Shown: piece by piece, positions 62,233-64,000 of the stretch | Position numbering within the stretch: position 1 is the first letter of the stretch | How the letters are laid out: each line of letters begins with the position of its first letter | Assembly: GCF_022539665.2 (NCBI RefSeq) | Contig: NC_081333.1 | Coordinates: 11,532,001-11,596,000 of the forward strand | Length of the DNA: 64,000 nucleotides | From: Daphnia carinata | Lineage: Eukaryota | Direction of reading: 5' to 3' | Made by a program: the position numbers and the translations under genes | Notes under the pieces: model-generated | What the model saw: only the letters and a program-made list of their open reading frames with translations | Database searches by the model: none | Told to the model about the DNA's origin: nothing

Positions 62233-64000
62233 AAAGGAATGTCTGATTAAACTTTTACCATTGTTTTTAACTAAACAATAAAGATAAATTCGCCGTGCTA
62301 ATCGTTTAAAAATGTCGTGCTTGTCGGGAATGTTTGAAAATCCGCTCGTGGTAGCTCACGTTTCCCTTGTTTGAACTGCATGCCCGTCCTTGTGCGACAT
62401 CTGTGTAGAATTCATGGGGGGAAAAATCGTTTCGTTGCGACATTCGCTTCGGTGCCAAATCAATTAAAACACATTCATCCAAAAAATACGGGCAACTTTA
62501 TTGACCTGTTTGATGGTAAGTAAGCTTTATAGTTAAACATACAGCAGTAAAGATGTCTGAAGCAGTCTAATTGCCTTGCCCCTTTTACCTTTCGCGGTTG
62601 TAAGAAAGAAGACTTTCTAGTTGGTTTTCCCCTTCCATCTTCGCCGTCGGTTCTTTCAAAATCTGCAACGTTGTGCAACATCAGCCCCTTAAGCGTTACG
62701 TCACGTGTCACTTTGCCGAACTGGAAAAACCTAAACTTCCGTGTCCCGTAGAGGAAATATCAGAAAGCTATATGGCCGTATGAGATGGTACCCCAGCAAT
62801 GGACGATGAGTCAGATTCATTGGCATTTTTGCACTCGTTTGCCTGAATGCCCAACTTATTTCAAAATGCTATTGCAACGAACAGTTTTTCTTTCTCGATC
62901 CGATGTTTTGTTGCAATTTCAAAAAGGCAGTTGGGTACGACGTGCGACGAAATGATGCAATAAATTCGTCTAGAGCCGCGCATATTGATTTCAAATTTTC
63001 CAGCCCTTGCCAAATGCTGAAAAGAGAACCCGACAATATTATTGACATTGTTCCCACCAAACCGGTGTGAGAGCGGTAGGAGCAACAAATAACTAGCGTT
63101 TCGAGAATCGTCAAAATTTTTAATAGTAAAAAAAGAAAAACGTAGGCTAACTCATTAGCTAAACGAATGGCAAAAAATGAAAATCCTGGCTTACGTACGT
63201 GAGAATTAAAATCTGAATTATTTTAGGACTTTTCATTTGAATTCGATGTGAAAATGCCAATTGACATGGGATGCGCGTCACCTGAATTTATTCCAACTGC
63301 GATCAGATATTGACGGAACTAGTAAAAACCGATCACCGTACCATTATGAACATTATTCCACCACATGTTAAGCAACTAGAAATTTAGAAACCAAACATGC
63401 AAAAAAAAGAGATTAATTGATTAACAAGTGGCGCCGCTTCGACGACATAAATACTGATTTTCATAGAGAAATGTAGGTTATTTCACTGGAAAGTAAGGAG
63501 GTTACTTTCGCGTTTATGAATTCTTCATCGAAAGCTTTTCGAGTTTTATTTCTCATCATGGTCAACTAGTTCAAGTAGGCGGACTACGACGTATGCCACT
63601 TTTTTTTTATTGACACTTAACCTGCGGCCCAAATCGTACCGGGCTTACGTGCCTTTTCTCTTCTATTTTCCTTGTCATAGCGGTTATTCAGAGGGACACA
63701 TGTTAAACGGTTTTTTCCGATACCACGCCTTTTTGTTTCTCTTGTACGATCGTGACCCATTCTCGATTCTTAATGACATTGAAATGTCTTACTGCCCTAG
63801 ACGGCCATTTTCTTTTTGCTAGACTATCGCCAATCGTTTATTTTTGGATTTCTCTTAGTTAGCTGCGACTGACCTCAATTTTCACTTAATGGAATTTATG
63901 CCCGATTGAATAATGGCTACTGCTTACCTGCCTAATCTCCCGCACCATTTTCATAATTAAAATTTTTGAAAGTTTTTTCTTTTTTGTGGTTGCTGGACGT

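Noticed and set aside
62400..64000. Possible gene fragments (62475-62711, 62869-63114, 63610-63822)
   Set aside because: I could not assemble a consistent spliced frame or recognise a family.

Overview
Gene-dense eukaryotic window with many ~60-70 nt GT-AG introns. The intron size and gene content point to a branchiopod crustacean, most likely Daphnia (inference). Manually spliced genes in order: SELENOK (in-frame UGA plus a form-2 SECIS), UROS, PLPBP, a Serendipity-alpha family gene, an atypical ZnT77C-like SLC30 transporter, troponin T, a divergent ionotropic receptor, TIMM21, a coiled-like Ly6 protein, a BTB protein with a piggyBac-type Cys-rich tail, a cytosolic alpha-carbonic anhydrase, an NDAE1-like SLC4 transporter and a PHOSPHO1/2-like phosphatase. 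The most unusual region is 27.7-32.7 kb, a ~5 kb tail-to-tail inverted duplication. Each arm carries a decayed intron-containing gene, then a TATA-led, T4-terminated, GC-rich structured ~225 nt ncRNA candidate that is more conserved than the gene, with tRNA-like A/B-box units at the centre. Troponin T has four N-terminal microexons and three separate pairs of duplicated, apparently mutually exclusive exons. Also present are an eIF4B-like pseudogene, MITE-like elements and a 27 bp TIR-only element with an 8 bp TSD. All calls come from reading the sequence by eye; no searches were run.
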